DNA of 64,000 nt from an uncultured delta proteobacterium (GTDB lineage Bacteria > Myxococcota > Myxococcia > Myxococcales > Anaeromyxobacteraceae). Below, piece after piece: positions 1 through 9,296 of the stretch. Location: positions 64,001-128,000 of the forward strand of contig CAVYBH010000015.1 in NCBI GenBank assembly GCA_963766715.1, given 5' to 3'. How positions within the stretch are numbered: the first letter of the stretch is position 1; the number at the start of each line of letters is the position of its first letter. A program made the translations under genes and the position numbers. Below the pieces are notes generated by a model. It worked only from the letters and a program-made list of their open reading frames with translations. It did no database searches and was not told the DNA's origin.

Positions 1-444
1 GTTGGGAAGGCCGGTCAGGCTGTCCCGGGTGGCCAGCGCCTCCTCGCGCGCCAAGGACTCGCGGAGGCGCTTCTCCAGCTCGAGGATGCGCGCGCCCACG
101 CCCATTCGCGCCAGCAGCTCCTCGGTCCGGAAGGGCTTCGTCATGTAGTCGTCGGCGCCCAGGTTGAGCCCCTCGACGACGTCGTCCCGCCCGCCCTTGG
201 CGGTGACCAGGATGACGTAGGTGTACCCGGGCCAGCCCGCGTCGCGGATGCGGCGGATGAGCGCGGGCCCGTCCAGGCCAGGCATCATCCAGTCGACGAT
301 GAGCAGGGGAATCGGCTCCTTCTGGAGCAGCTCCCACGCCTCGAGTCCGTCACCGACCGTGACAGGTTCGTACCCGGCGCGACGCAGCTGAGGCTCCAGC
401 ATGCGGCGCAGCAGCAGGTCGTCATCGGCGATCAGGACCTTCAC
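1..444 (-). CDS. Response regulator receiver + diguanylate cyclase (PleD/WspR-like), 3' part outside window
   Basis: Manual translation from GTG at 444: MKVLIADDD...LIVDWMMPGLDG...VILVTAK...ADDYMTKPF...LATRDSLTGLPN, a REC domain followed by the DxLTGLxN start of a GGDEF domain. Confidence 0.85.
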   Translation of the reverse strand, partial: MKVLIADDDLLLRRMLEPQLRRAGYEPVTVGDGLEAWELLQKEPIPLLIVDWMMPGLDGPALIRRIRDAGWPGYTYVILVTAKGGRDDVVEGLNLGADDYMTKPFRTEELLARMGVGARILELEKRLRESLAREEALATRDSLTGLPN

Positions 445-538
445 GGCAGCCCCCCCGGATCGACTGTAGAGCATCCGGGAGCCCACCTCAAAAACGCGGC
501 CCGGCAGGTGGTACGGCGACCTACATCCGGCGCGGGGG

Positions 539-1372
539 TCACCCCGGGTGCGCGCGCGTGAGCCGCCGGTATGCGCCGAGGTGGCGCAGCGCGTCGGCGC
601 GACGCCCCGCCCGCTCCTCGATCCGAGAGGCGTTGAAGTGGGCGTCGGCGAGGCCGGCGTCGGCGAGCAGGGCCTGGTGGTACGCCGCGAGCGCCTCCTC
701 GTCGCGCCCCTGATCCTCGAGGGCGACGCCCAGGTTGAAGGCCGCCACCGGCGCCTGGGCGGCGTCCGCCAGCGCACGCCGGTAGTGCCCTTCCGCGGCG
801 ACGGGGTCCCCGGCCTCGTGCAGGAGACGGCCAAGGTTCAGGTGCGCGCCGGCATGGCCGGCGTCGAGCGCCAGCGCGCCGCGGTAGGCGGCGAGCGCCT
901 CGGACGGGGACGCCTCCTCCAGGTCGCAGCCGCTCGTGAAGAGCGCCCGCGCCTGCTCGACGACCCGGAAGGCCGGTTGGGCGTGCTGGCCTCGAAGCTG
1001 GGTCACCTCGCGCGTTCGCCGTGGACCGTCGAGATCGAGCAGCGTCTGGCCCGTCTCCGGGTTCCATCGCGCGCCGCCGTCCGATGCGACCACCTGGGTC
1101 CCCTCGCTCCCCACCTTCACGGCGCCGAGCGACCGGCCGGCCGGAAGCTGGGACCGGAGGCGCGCCAGCGCGCGGCGGACTCGTGCCGCGGGGAGCCGCG
1201 CCTGGAAGAGCCCGGAGGCGGCCCGCAGGACCGGGAGGTCCTCGAAGGAGAAGCGCAGCTCGTTTCGCGGTCCGCGCCGCGCCGGAACGAGCCCCTCGCG
1301 CGCGAAGCGGCGGACCTCCTCGACGGGCATCCCGAGCATCCGGGCCACGTCCCGCGCGCGGTATCCCCACAT
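539..1372 (-). CDS. MerR-type HTH + tetratricopeptide repeat protein
   Basis: N-terminal YRARDVARMLG...FSFEDL MerR-like HTH; C-terminal TPR motifs (AHLNLGRLL, AAFNLGVAL, ADAHFNA); 12 bp downstream of ku. Confidence 0.8.
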   Translation of the reverse strand: MWGYRARDVARMLGMPVEEVRRFAREGLVPARRGPRNELRFSFEDLPVLRAASGLFQARLPAARVRRALARLRSQLPAGRSLGAVKVGSEGTQVVASDGGARWNPETGQTLLDLDGPRRTREVTQLRGQHAQPAFRVVEQARALFTSGCDLEEASPSEALAAYRGALALDAGHAGAHLNLGRLLHEAGDPVAAEGHYRRALADAAQAPVAAFNLGVALEDQGRDEEALAAYHQALLADAGLADAHFNASRIEERAGRRADALRHLGAYRRLTRAHPG

Positions 1373-1384
1373 CCGCGCGCCCTC

Positions 1385-2263
1385 TCACTTCCGGGAGGTC
1401 GCGCGCGTCGTTCCCTCGCCCTCGCGCCGGGCCCGCTTCGCCGGGCGCCGCTCCTCGGGGGCCGCCGCCGGCGCGGTTCCCGGCCCGGCCTTGGCCGCGG
1501 CGAGGCTCGCCTTCAGCGCGTCGACGAGGTCGATCACCTGGGCCTGCGGCTCGGCGGGGGAGGCCACCTGGATCTGGCCGCCGCCCACCTTCTGCTCGAT
1601 GGCCTCGAGGACCCGCTTCTTCACCGCGTCCTCGTAGTGCTCGGGGTGGAAGGCCGGCGACGACGTCTGCTCGATGAGCTGGAGCGCCAGCTGCACCTCG
1701 GCCTCCTTCGGCTCCGGCGTGTCGACCACGATCTCGTCCAGGCTCCGGACCTCGTCCGGGTAGCAGAGCTGCTGCATCACCAGCCGTCCCGAGCTCGGGC
1801 GGATGAGCACCAGGTACTGCTTCCCGCGCGCGGCGTAGCGGGCGAGCGCCGCCTTGCCCGACTTGTCGAGCGCCTCGGCGAGCAGGCGGTAGGCCTTCGC
1901 GCCGCCCTTGTCCGGGCCGAGGTAGTAGGCCTTGTCGTAGTAGACCGGGTCGACCTGGGAGGCGGGCACGAACTCGGCGATGTCGATGGTCTGCGTGGCG
2001 ATCTCGTCGAGGGCCTTCAGCTCCTCGGACGTGAAGGTCACGTAGCGATCCTTCGCGAACTCGAACCCCTTCACCGTCTCCTCGCGAGGGACGACCTCGC
2101 CGTCCTTGGCGCAGACGTACTGCTGCTTGAGCCGCGAGCCGTCCTTGGCGTGCAGCATGTTGAAGGAGACGGTGGCCGAGGGCTGCGTCGCCGGAAAGAG
2201 CTTCACCGGGATCGAGACCAGGCCAAACGAGATCGTTCCACTGGCAATGGATCGAGGGGCCAT
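1385..2263 (-). CDS. ku: Non-homologous end-joining protein Ku
   Basis: GTISFGLVSIPVKLF, IDIAEFVP, DPVYYDKAYYLGP, VIDLVDALKASL motifs and a basic C-tail. Confidence 0.95.
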   Translation of the reverse strand: MAPRSIASGTISFGLVSIPVKLFPATQPSATVSFNMLHAKDGSRLKQQYVCAKDGEVVPREETVKGFEFAKDRYVTFTSEELKALDEIATQTIDIAEFVPASQVDPVYYDKAYYLGPDKGGAKAYRLLAEALDKSGKAALARYAARGKQYLVLIRPSSGRLVMQQLCYPDEVRSLDEIVVDTPEPKEAEVQLALQLIEQTSSPAFHPEHYEDAVKKRVLEAIEQKVGGGQIQVASPAEPQAQVIDLVDALKASLAAAKAGPGTAPAAAPEERRPAKRARREGEGTTRATSRK

Positions 2264-2293
2264 GCGCCCGCTAATAAGAGGGTCGAGGCGAAC

Positions 2294-4900
2294 GTGCCCG
2301 ACCGGCTGGATCGGTACCGCGAGAAGCGCGACCCACGGCAGACCCCTGAGCCCTTCGGGTCAGCCCGGGACGGCGCCGCCCGCGAGGCGACCCGGCGCCG
2401 CTTCGTCGTCCAGATGCACCGAGCCCGCCAATTACACTGGGATTTCCGGCTCGAGCTGGGCGGCACCCTCCGCAGCTGGGCGGTGCCCAAGGGGCCGTCG
2501 GCGGACCCCCGCGAGCGGCGCCTGGCGGTGGAGGTCGAGGACCATCCGCTCGAGTACGCCGACTTCGAGGGCGTCATCCCGGCAGGAAACTACGGCGCCG
2601 GGGCGGTCATCGTCTGGGATCAGGGCACCTGGGAGCCCGACGGCGATCCGGAGAAGGGGCTCGCGGACGGCAAGCTCGTCTTCCGGCTGCGAGGCCGCAA
2701 GCTTCGCGGGGAGTGGACCCTCGTCCGCACGCGCGGTGACGGGGGCGGGAAGCGGCAGTGGCTCCTCCTGAAGCACCGGGGAGACGCCTTCGTCGACCCC
2801 GAGGGCCGTCATCCCTTCTCGCCGGCGTCCGTGCTCTCCGGACGCACCGTCGAGGAGGTGGGCGCGGGCACGAGCCGCGCCGATGAGGCCGTCGAGGAGG
2901 CCGCTCGCCTCGGCGCACCGGTGCGCCGGATCCCCGTGGAGGACGAGCGCCCCATGCTGGCCACGCAGCGCGACGAGCCCTTCTCGCGGCCGGGCTGGCT
3001 CTTCGAGGTGAAGTACGACGGGTACCGCGCGCTGGCGCGGCGCGAGGGAGGCGCGGTGACGCTCCGCTACCGGAGCGGCGATCTGGCCACCTCCCGCTTC
3101 CCGGAGGTGGCGAAGGCGGTGGGCATGCTCCCGGTCGACGCGACCCTGGACGGGGAGCTGGTCGTGCTCGGTCCGGACGGCCGTCCGTCCTTCCAGGCGC
3201 TGCAGTCCCGCGGCCAGCTCGCCGGGAACGCCGACGCGGCGCGCGCGGCGCTGGAGAATCCGGCCACGCTGCACGTCTTCGACCTCCTCTCGGTGGGGGA
3301 CCGCGACGTGCGGGCCTTGCCGCTGCGGGAGCGGAAGCGGCTTCTCCGGATGGTGGTGCCGGACGAAGGCCCGGTGCAGTTCGCGGATCACGTCGAGGGC
3401 GACGGCCAGGCGCTCTTCCGCGAGGTGTCGTCGCGAGACCTGGAGGGCATCGTGGGGAAGAGAGGCGACTCGACGTACCGGTCCGGACGATCGGAGAGCT
3501 GGGTGAAGATCCGGCGCGACCGCACCGGGGACTTCGTGGTGGTCGGATTCACGTCTCCGCGCGGGAGCCGGTCCGGCTTCGGCGCCCTGCACCTGGCGGC
3601 CTGGCGGGGCGGCGGGCTGACCTACGCCGGGAGCGTGGGCACCGGCTTCTCCGAGCGGGAGCTCGAGGCCCTGCACGCCAGGCTGTCGGCGGCGGCCCGG
3701 CCTGAGCCGGCGTGCGCGGGGGAGGCGCCCAGGGGCCGGGGCAACACCTGGGTCGAGCCGGAGCTGGTCGTGGAGGTCCGATTCAAGGAGTGGACGCAGG
3801 ACGGGCTCCTGCGCCAGCCGGCCTTCCTCCGGGTCCGCGACGACAAGCGGCCCGAGGATGCGCTGCGGGTCGAGGGGGGCGAACCGACAGAGCCGCCGGA
3901 CCCTCCGGCCGCTCCGGAGCCGCCGGACCCCGCCGATGCGGACGCGGCCGCCCGGCAGGTGGAGGTCACGAACCCGGACAAGGTCTTCTTCCCCCAGGAC
4001 GGCCTCACCAAGGGCGACCTGGTCGCCTACTACCGGGCCATCGCGCCGCGGATGCTCCCGTTCCTGAAGGACCGACCGCTCGTCCTCACCCGCTACCCGG
4101 ACGGCATCGACGGCAAGAGCTTCTTCCAGAAGGACGCGCCCAGGTGGCGACCCGGCTGGATCCGGACGGTGCGCGTGCACAGCGAGGAGGCCGACCGCGA
4201 CCTCGACTGCTTCCTCGTCGACGACGAGGAAGGGCTGGCCTGGCTCGCCAACCTCGGGACCATTCCCATCCACGTCTGGTCCAGCCGGGCGGACGACCTG
4301 GGGCGGCCGGACTGGTGCATCGTCGACCTCGATCCCAAGGACGCCCCCTTCGCGCACGTGCTCGAGCTGGCCCTGGGCCTTCACGAGCTGTGCGAGGAGC
4401 TCGGGGTCCCTTCGTACGCGAAGACCACCGGCCAGAAGGGGCTTCACGTGCTCGTCCCGCTCGGGCGGCAGCTCACCCACGAGCAGTCGCGGGCCTTCGC
4501 CGAGTCGCTCGCCCGGACGCTGGAGCTGCGACACCCGGACGTCTCGACCACCGCGCGGTCGCTGGGGGCGCGGGGCGGGAAGGTCTACCTCGACTACCTG
4601 CAGAACGGCCTCGGGAAGACCATCGTCGCGCCCTACTCGGTCCGGCCTCGCCCGGGAGCGCCCGTGTCCGTGCCGCTCCGGTGGATCGAGGTGAATCGCC
4701 GGCTCGATCCCGCCTGGTTCACCATCCGGAACGTGCCGAGGCGCGCCGCCCGGATGCGGACCGACCCGCTCCTGCCGGTGCTCGACGGATCCCCCGACCT
4801 CGCCGGCGCGCTGCAGCGCCTGCGGGAGATCCTCAGCCGAAGCCCGCCACCGGGTGCGGAACGTACGGCTCCTCGAGCGAGGCGACCTCCTCGGGCGTGA
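2294..4900 (+). CDS. ligD: DNA ligase D (3'-phosphoesterase + ATP-dependent ligase + primase/polymerase)
   Basis: GTG start at 2294; YREKRD..TPEP, HWDFRLE, SWAVPKGPS (phosphoesterase); EVKYDGYR, EGIVGKR (ligase); TNPDKVFFP, RYPDG, FFQKD, KTTGQKGLHV, DYLQN (polymerase). Confidence 0.95.
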   Translation: MPDRLDRYREKRDPRQTPEPFGSARDGAAREATRRRFVVQMHRARQLHWDFRLELGGTLRSWAVPKGPSADPRERRLAVEVEDHPLEYADFEGVIPAGNYGAGAVIVWDQGTWEPDGDPEKGLADGKLVFRLRGRKLRGEWTLVRTRGDGGGKRQWLLLKHRGDAFVDPEGRHPFSPASVLSGRTVEEVGAGTSRADEAVEEAARLGAPVRRIPVEDERPMLATQRDEPFSRPGWLFEVKYDGYRALARREGGAVTLRYRSGDLATSRFPEVAKAVGMLPVDATLDGELVVLGPDGRPSFQALQSRGQLAGNADAARAALENPATLHVFDLLSVGDRDVRALPLRERKRLLRMVVPDEGPVQFADHVEGDGQALFREVSSRDLEGIVGKRGDSTYRSGRSESWVKIRRDRTGDFVVVGFTSPRGSRSGFGALHLAAWRGGGLTYAGSVGTGFSERELEALHARLSAAARPEPACAGEAPRGRGNTWVEPELVVEVRFKEWTQDGLLRQPAFLRVRDDKRPEDALRVEGGEPTEPPDPPAAPEPPDPADADAAARQVEVTNPDKVFFPQDGLTKGDLVAYYRAIAPRMLPFLKDRPLVLTRYPDGIDGKSFFQKDAPRWRPGWIRTVRVHSEEADRDLDCFLVDDEEGLAWLANLGTIPIHVWSSRADDLGRPDWCIVDLDPKDAPFAHVLELALGLHELCEELGVPSYAKTTGQKGLHVLVPLGRQLTHEQSRAFAESLARTLELRHPDVSTTARSLGARGGKVYLDYLQNGLGKTIVAPYSVRPRPGAPVSVPLRWIEVNRRLDPAWFTIRNVPRRAARMRTDPLLPVLDGSPDLAGALQRLREILSRSPPPGAERTAPRARRPPRA

Positions 4901-5831
4901 GGCGGACCGAGAGCGCCGCCACCGCGTCCTCCAGGTGGCTGGCCTTCGTGGCGCCGACGATCGGGGCGGTGACCCCGGGCTTGCCGAGCAGCCAGGCCAG
5001 TGCGACCTGGGCGCGGGGGATCCCGCGCTTCTCGGCCACCTGGCCGACGCGGTCGATGACCTGGCGGTCGGCCGCTTCGGTGCGGGCGTAGAGGGTCTTT
5101 CCGAACTGGTCGGTCTCGAGACGCTTCGTGCTCTCGGCCTGCCAGGGGCGGGCGAGCCGTCCCCGGGCGAGCGGGCTCCAGGGGATGACCCCGATGCCCT
5201 CGGACTGGCAGAGCGGCATCATCTCCCGCTCCTCCTCCCGGTAGATCAGGTTGTAGTGGTTCTGCATGGAGACGAAGCGCGCCCATCCGTTCCGGCCGGC
5301 CAGGTAGAGCGCCTTCGCGAACTGCCAGGCGAACATGGACGACGCGCCCAGGTAGCGGACCTTCCCCGACTTCACCAGGTCGTGGAGGGCCTCGAGCGTC
5401 TCCTCGATGGGCGTCTCCGGGTCCCAGCGGTGGATCTGGAACAGGTCGACGTGGTCGGTCCCGAGGCGCCGCAGGCTCTCCTCGGCCTCGAAGAAGATGG
5501 CCTTGCGGGAGAGGCCGCGGCCGTTGGGCTCGTCGCGCATGAGGCCGTGGACCTTCGTGGCGATGACGACCGACTCGCGGCGGACGCTGCCCTTCAGGAA
5601 CCGGCCCAGCACCTCCTCGCTGGCGCCGCTCGAGTAGACGTTGGCGGTGTCGAAGAAGTTGATCCCGAGGTCCAGCGCCTGGCGGAGGAAGGGCTGGCTC
5701 GCCGCCTCGTCGAGCGCCCACGCGTGGCGGCCCGGTTGCAGGGCGCCGGTGGCCGGAGCCCCGTAGGTCATGCAGCCGAGGCAGATGCGGGATACCTGGA
5801 GGCCGGTGTTGCCGAGGCGGGTGTATTCCAT
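4833..5831 (-). CDS. Aldo/keto reductase
   Basis: MEYTRLGNTGLQVSRICLGCMTYG, FFDTANVYS, VIATKV, PWSPLARG; RBS GGAGGAG upstream. Confidence 0.9.
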   Translation of the reverse strand: MEYTRLGNTGLQVSRICLGCMTYGAPATGALQPGRHAWALDEAASQPFLRQALDLGINFFDTANVYSSGASEEVLGRFLKGSVRRESVVIATKVHGLMRDEPNGRGLSRKAIFFEAEESLRRLGTDHVDLFQIHRWDPETPIEETLEALHDLVKSGKVRYLGASSMFAWQFAKALYLAGRNGWARFVSMQNHYNLIYREEEREMMPLCQSEGIGVIPWSPLARGRLARPWQAESTKRLETDQFGKTLYARTEAADRQVIDRVGQVAEKRGIPRAQVALAWLLGKPGVTAPIVGATKASHLEDAVAALSVRLTPEEVASLEEPYVPHPVAGFG

Positions 5832-5887
5832 GGTCTTTCTCCTCCGGGGAGTATGCACCGGGACGTGGGCTGGGTGGGCCAACGCGG

Positions 5888-6817
5888 TCAACGCGCGGCG
5901 CAGCGCTCCTGGACGAAGGCCCGCATCGCGTTCCAGGCTTCCCGGCTCTCGTCGAGCCACGGCAACGTGAGGGGCCAGTCGTGCTGCATCCGCTTGCCCA
6001 CGAGCAGGCGCGCGTCGGTGCCGGCGCGCGTCGCTCGCTCCGCGACGCGCACGGCGTCGTCCAGCAGGATCTCGTCCTCGCCGACGAGCAGGAAGAGCGG
6101 CGGCAACCCGGAGAGATCGGCGAAGAGCGGCGACAGGAGCGGCGTTCTCGGATCGGCGTCACCCACGTAGTAGCTCGCCCACCGGGAAAGGTGGGCACGC
6201 GTGAGCCAGCGATCGGTGCGGCGGTTGCCGTCCACGGACGCACCCGACGCCGAGAGGTCCGTCCACGGAGAGAGCAGGATCGCACCGGCGGGACTGGCTT
6301 CGCCGAGCTCTCGAACCCGGACCAACAGGCTCAGGACCAGTCCGCCGCCGGCCGAGTCGCCGGTGACGAACGTGGGCACTCCGGGGCGCATCGACCGGAG
6401 GTGCTGGTAGGCCAGGAGGACGTCCTCGAGCGCCGCAGGGAATGGGTGCTCCGGCGCGAGACGGTAATCTGGAACGAAGACCTCTGCGTCGAGTCGGTAG
6501 GCGAGCCGGATCGCACGATTTCGGTACGTGGCTGGCGATCCGAAGACGAACCCGCCGCCGTGCAGGTGGAGGACGGTGCAGCTGGGCGATCGGCCGGCGC
6601 GCACCGATTCGACCATCACCGGGCCCGCCCGGTGGTCGTCGAAGGAAACCTGGAGATGTTTGCGCCGGATCGCCTCCCGGCTCACGCTGGCGAAGCGCTC
6701 GAAGCGATCGCGCAAGGTCTGCGGCGGCGTGCTCGCCCGGAAAAGCGTGCTCGTGAAGAGCCCGTAGGCTTCCAGGGAAAACCAGCGCTTCCAGCGACGG
6801 GAGAGTCGGTCGGCCAT
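5888..6817 (-). CDS. Alpha/beta hydrolase (HSL-family esterase/lipase)
   Basis: HGGGF oxyanion motif, DYRLAPEHPFPAA, GDSAGG nucleophile motif. Confidence 0.88.
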   Translation of the reverse strand: MADRLSRRWKRWFSLEAYGLFTSTLFRASTPPQTLRDRFERFASVSREAIRRKHLQVSFDDHRAGPVMVESVRAGRSPSCTVLHLHGGGFVFGSPATYRNRAIRLAYRLDAEVFVPDYRLAPEHPFPAALEDVLLAYQHLRSMRPGVPTFVTGDSAGGGLVLSLLVRVRELGEASPAGAILLSPWTDLSASGASVDGNRRTDRWLTRAHLSRWASYYVGDADPRTPLLSPLFADLSGLPPLFLLVGEDEILLDDAVRVAERATRAGTDARLLVGKRMQHDWPLTLPWLDESREAWNAMRAFVQERCAAR

Positions 6818-6931
6818 GGTCCGATCCACCTGGATGGCGCAATTGACCTTAATGCCGCCCGGCCGCGATTCACGGCGTCGAAACTGCGGGCGCTCGTTGA
6901 ATAAGCAGCTGGCCCGCGACGTTCTGTTTGC

Positions 6932-7588
6932 ATGCGTCGCCTCGCGCTCGTCCTGCTGCTCGCCGCCCCGCTCGCCGCGGCCGCGCAGTACCCCCCACCC
7001 TACGGGTACCCTCCCCCTCCGCCACCCCCTCCCGTGCGCGCCGCGCCGTACTACCCGCCTCCTCCACCGCCCGTGTACGTCGCGCCCCGGCCTCCTCCGC
7101 TGAGCCCCTTCTACTTCAATCTCGGGCTCGGCTACGGCGTCGAGACCTGGTACGCGCCCTACGGCTACGGCAGCTACGCCAGTCTCGGGGGGCTCGCCTA
7201 CCACGTCGAGGCCGGGCCGCGACTGGCGCCGCAGCTCCTGCTGGGGTTCGACCTGTCCGGCGTCACCACCTTCGGGAACGACCCGTACGGCGGAAGCAAC
7301 GGCGTGACCGTGATCGACTACGACGCCGTGGCCACCCTCTTCCCCTTCGTGCACGGCTTCTTCCTGCGCGGGGGCGGAGGGCTATCCACGCTCTCGTCGG
7401 TGTCGCCGTACGGAGTCGGGGTCACCTATTTCGGCGGCAACCTGCTCCTCGGCGCCGGCTGGGCGTTCCCGATGATGCTGCCCCTCCACCTCACGCTGGG
7501 TGTCGACTACACGCACCAGTTCTTCGGCGCGGTGGACGTGAACAGCCTGAACACCTGGATGATGCGGCTCGGGTTCGGGATTTACTGA
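6932..7588 (+). CDS. Secreted Pro-rich protein with probable outer-membrane beta-barrel
   Basis: Signal peptide, poly-Pro/Tyr linker, alternating aromatic/Gly strands, C-terminal RLGFGIY. Confidence 0.65.
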   Translation: MRRLALVLLLAAPLAAAAQYPPPYGYPPPPPPPPVRAAPYYPPPPPPVYVAPRPPPLSPFYFNLGLGYGVETWYAPYGYGSYASLGGLAYHVEAGPRLAPQLLLGFDLSGVTTFGNDPYGGSNGVTVIDYDAVATLFPFVHGFFLRGGGGLSTLSSVSPYGVGVTYFGGNLLLGAGWAFPMMLPLHLTLGVDYTHQFFGAVDVNSLNTWMMRLGFGIY

Positions 7589-7593
7589 CGACG

Positions 7594-8007
7594 TCAGGCG
7601 CCCGGGTACCGGAACTCGATGGGCACCCCCACGTCGGGGTGGAGGCTGCGCGCGACCGGGCAGGTCCTGGCGATCTCCTCGAGGCGGGCGCGCTGCTCGG
7701 GTAGCACCTCGCGCGGCATGTCGATGACCAGGACGAGCTCCCCGATGCGGCGCGGCGGCGGCGTCATGCGCTTCTCCACCCTCGCACCGGCGTCGCCCCA
7801 GGTGAGCCCCTCGCGCTTGGCCACGAGCGCCATCGTGCTGAGGGCGCAGGATGCGAGCGCGGCGCCGACGAGGTCGGTGGGCGAGAAGCTCGACCCGTCC
7901 CCGCCGTTGTCGACCGGGGGCACGGTCGAGATGACCATTCCAGACGGTCCATGGGTCAGCTTGCAGGACAGGCCTGCGAGGGCAGCGGTCATCGGTACAC
8001 CAGCCAT
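7594..8007 (-). CDS. OsmC family protein
   Basis: DNGGDGSSFSPTDLVGAALASC...CPVARSL two-Cys OsmC signature. Confidence 0.9.
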   Translation of the reverse strand: MAGVPMTAALAGLSCKLTHGPSGMVISTVPPVDNGGDGSSFSPTDLVGAALASCALSTMALVAKREGLTWGDAGARVEKRMTPPPRRIGELVLVIDMPREVLPEQRARLEEIARTCPVARSLHPDVGVPIEFRYPGA

Positions 8008-8149
8008 GGGAACCTCCAGATCTCCAGCTTAACCGAGCACCTCGCATCCGTCTTCGAAGCCCTGGACGTGTGGTCTCCCGGGCATCCTGATTACCCGGAG
8101 GCCTCTTGCGTGCAGTCATCGGCCCCGCTGCGACTCCGTGCCAGACGGA

Positions 8150-8506
8150 TCACGGCCGCCGCAGCGCCCACACGTAGACGGCGATATTGACTCCCACCAC
8201 CGCGACCGCAAGAGCGACCCCCACCGCCGGCGAGAACGCCTCCGGGTACACGATCGGCACGACGTAGTGCTCGACGAACCCACCGCGGTAGCCCTGCTCG
8301 CCACCGAGCGCGCGGAGCCGATTCTCCAGGGGCGTGAGCGGGCAGATCCAGCCCCGGTACTCGACGGCGACTCCGTAGGCGGCACAGGGCAGGTGCAGGA
8401 ACGCCATCCAGCGCCGCCACCGGACGGCGATTCCCCCCAGCACGACGAACAGGATGAAGCCGAGGTGCGCGAGCAGCACGAGGTCGGCGAGGGCGCGAGA
8501 GACCAT
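8150..8506 (-). CDS. DUF2784 membrane protein
   Basis: HLGFILFVVLGG, CPLTPLENRLR, GFVEHY motifs. Confidence 0.85.
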   Translation of the reverse strand: MVSRALADLVLLAHLGFILFVVLGGIAVRWRRWMAFLHLPCAAYGVAVEYRGWICPLTPLENRLRALGGEQGYRGGFVEHYVVPIVYPEAFSPAVGVALAVAVVGVNIAVYVWALRRP

Positions 8507-8522
8507 GGGCCGAGCCGCGGTG

Positions 8523-9251
8523 CTACGGCGCGCGCCGCATCGGGACGAACCGGACCGGCTCCAGCCGCCGCTCGACCGGGCCTCCTGGCGTCTTGGTCAC
8601 GACCACGAGCTCCTGGAAACCCGTGGCGGGCCCCTTCGGGTAGACGACGCGACCGCCCTCGCGAAGCTGGTCCCAGAGCGGCCGCGGAATCTCCGCCACG
8701 GCGCAGCTGATGACGATGGCGTCGAACGGTGCGGCCTCCGGCCAGCCCGCGAAGCCGTCCCCGTGCCTCAGGTGGACGTTGCGGTAGCCGAGTCGCGCCA
8801 GCGTGGCGACGCTCCGGGCGTGAAGCTCCGCTTCCAGCTCGATCCCGTAGACGTCGGCCGCGAGAACCGACAGCACCGCTGCCGCGTACCCCGACCCGGA
8901 TCCCACCTCGAGGACGCGGTCGGTCCCGCGCAGTTCCAGGGCCTCCACCATGTAGGCCACGACGAACGGCTGGCTGATGGTCTGCCCGCGCCCGATGGGC
9001 AGTGGTCCGTCCTCGTAGGCGCTGGCCCGCACGTTCTCCGGGACGAACTCGTGCCGAGGGACCGTCCTCATCGCCGCCAGGACGAACGGGTCCCGGATGC
9101 CCCTGGCCACGAGCTGCTGCTCGACCATCGCGCGCCTCGCCCTCTCCTGGGCGGTGGACCGTGCCCCCGCAGGGGGCGTCTCGACCGCCGGTGCCAGGCC
9201 TGCCGCGAGCACGACGGCCCAGCCCAGGGTGGCGAGGACGGAAGCGGTCAC
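8523..9251 (-). CDS. pcm: Protein-L-isoaspartate O-methyltransferase with N-terminal hydrophobic leader
   Basis: VPRHEFVP, AYEDGPLPIGRGQTISQP, LEVGSGSGY, APFDAI, VRFVPM; start at GTG 9251 is inferred. Confidence 0.9.
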   Translation of the reverse strand: MTASVLATLGWAVVLAAGLAPAVETPPAGARSTAQERARRAMVEQQLVARGIRDPFVLAAMRTVPRHEFVPENVRASAYEDGPLPIGRGQTISQPFVVAYMVEALELRGTDRVLEVGSGSGYAAAVLSVLAADVYGIELEAELHARSVATLARLGYRNVHLRHGDGFAGWPEAAPFDAIVISCAVAEIPRPLWDQLREGGRVVYPKGPATGFQELVVVTKTPGGPVERRLEPVRFVPMRRAP

Positions 9252-9296
9252 CCCCCCATCGTACGCCGTGTCCGTCCCCTCCGTACGCTGTTCCAC

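Noticed and set aside
548..2293. 582-aa N-terminal extension of LigD in the 1450-aa ORF
   Set aside because: It is the antisense shadow of ku and the MerR-TPR gene; LigD motifs begin at GTG 2294
4833..4900. 68-bp convergent overlap of ligD and the aldo/keto reductase gene
   Set aside because: Tail overlaps are common in GC-rich genomes, and the overlapping LigD tail is low-complexity
8128..8143. Sigma-54-like site TGGCACGGAGTCGCA upstream of the OsmC gene (minus strand)
   Set aside because: GG to GC spacing is 9 nt rather than the required 10
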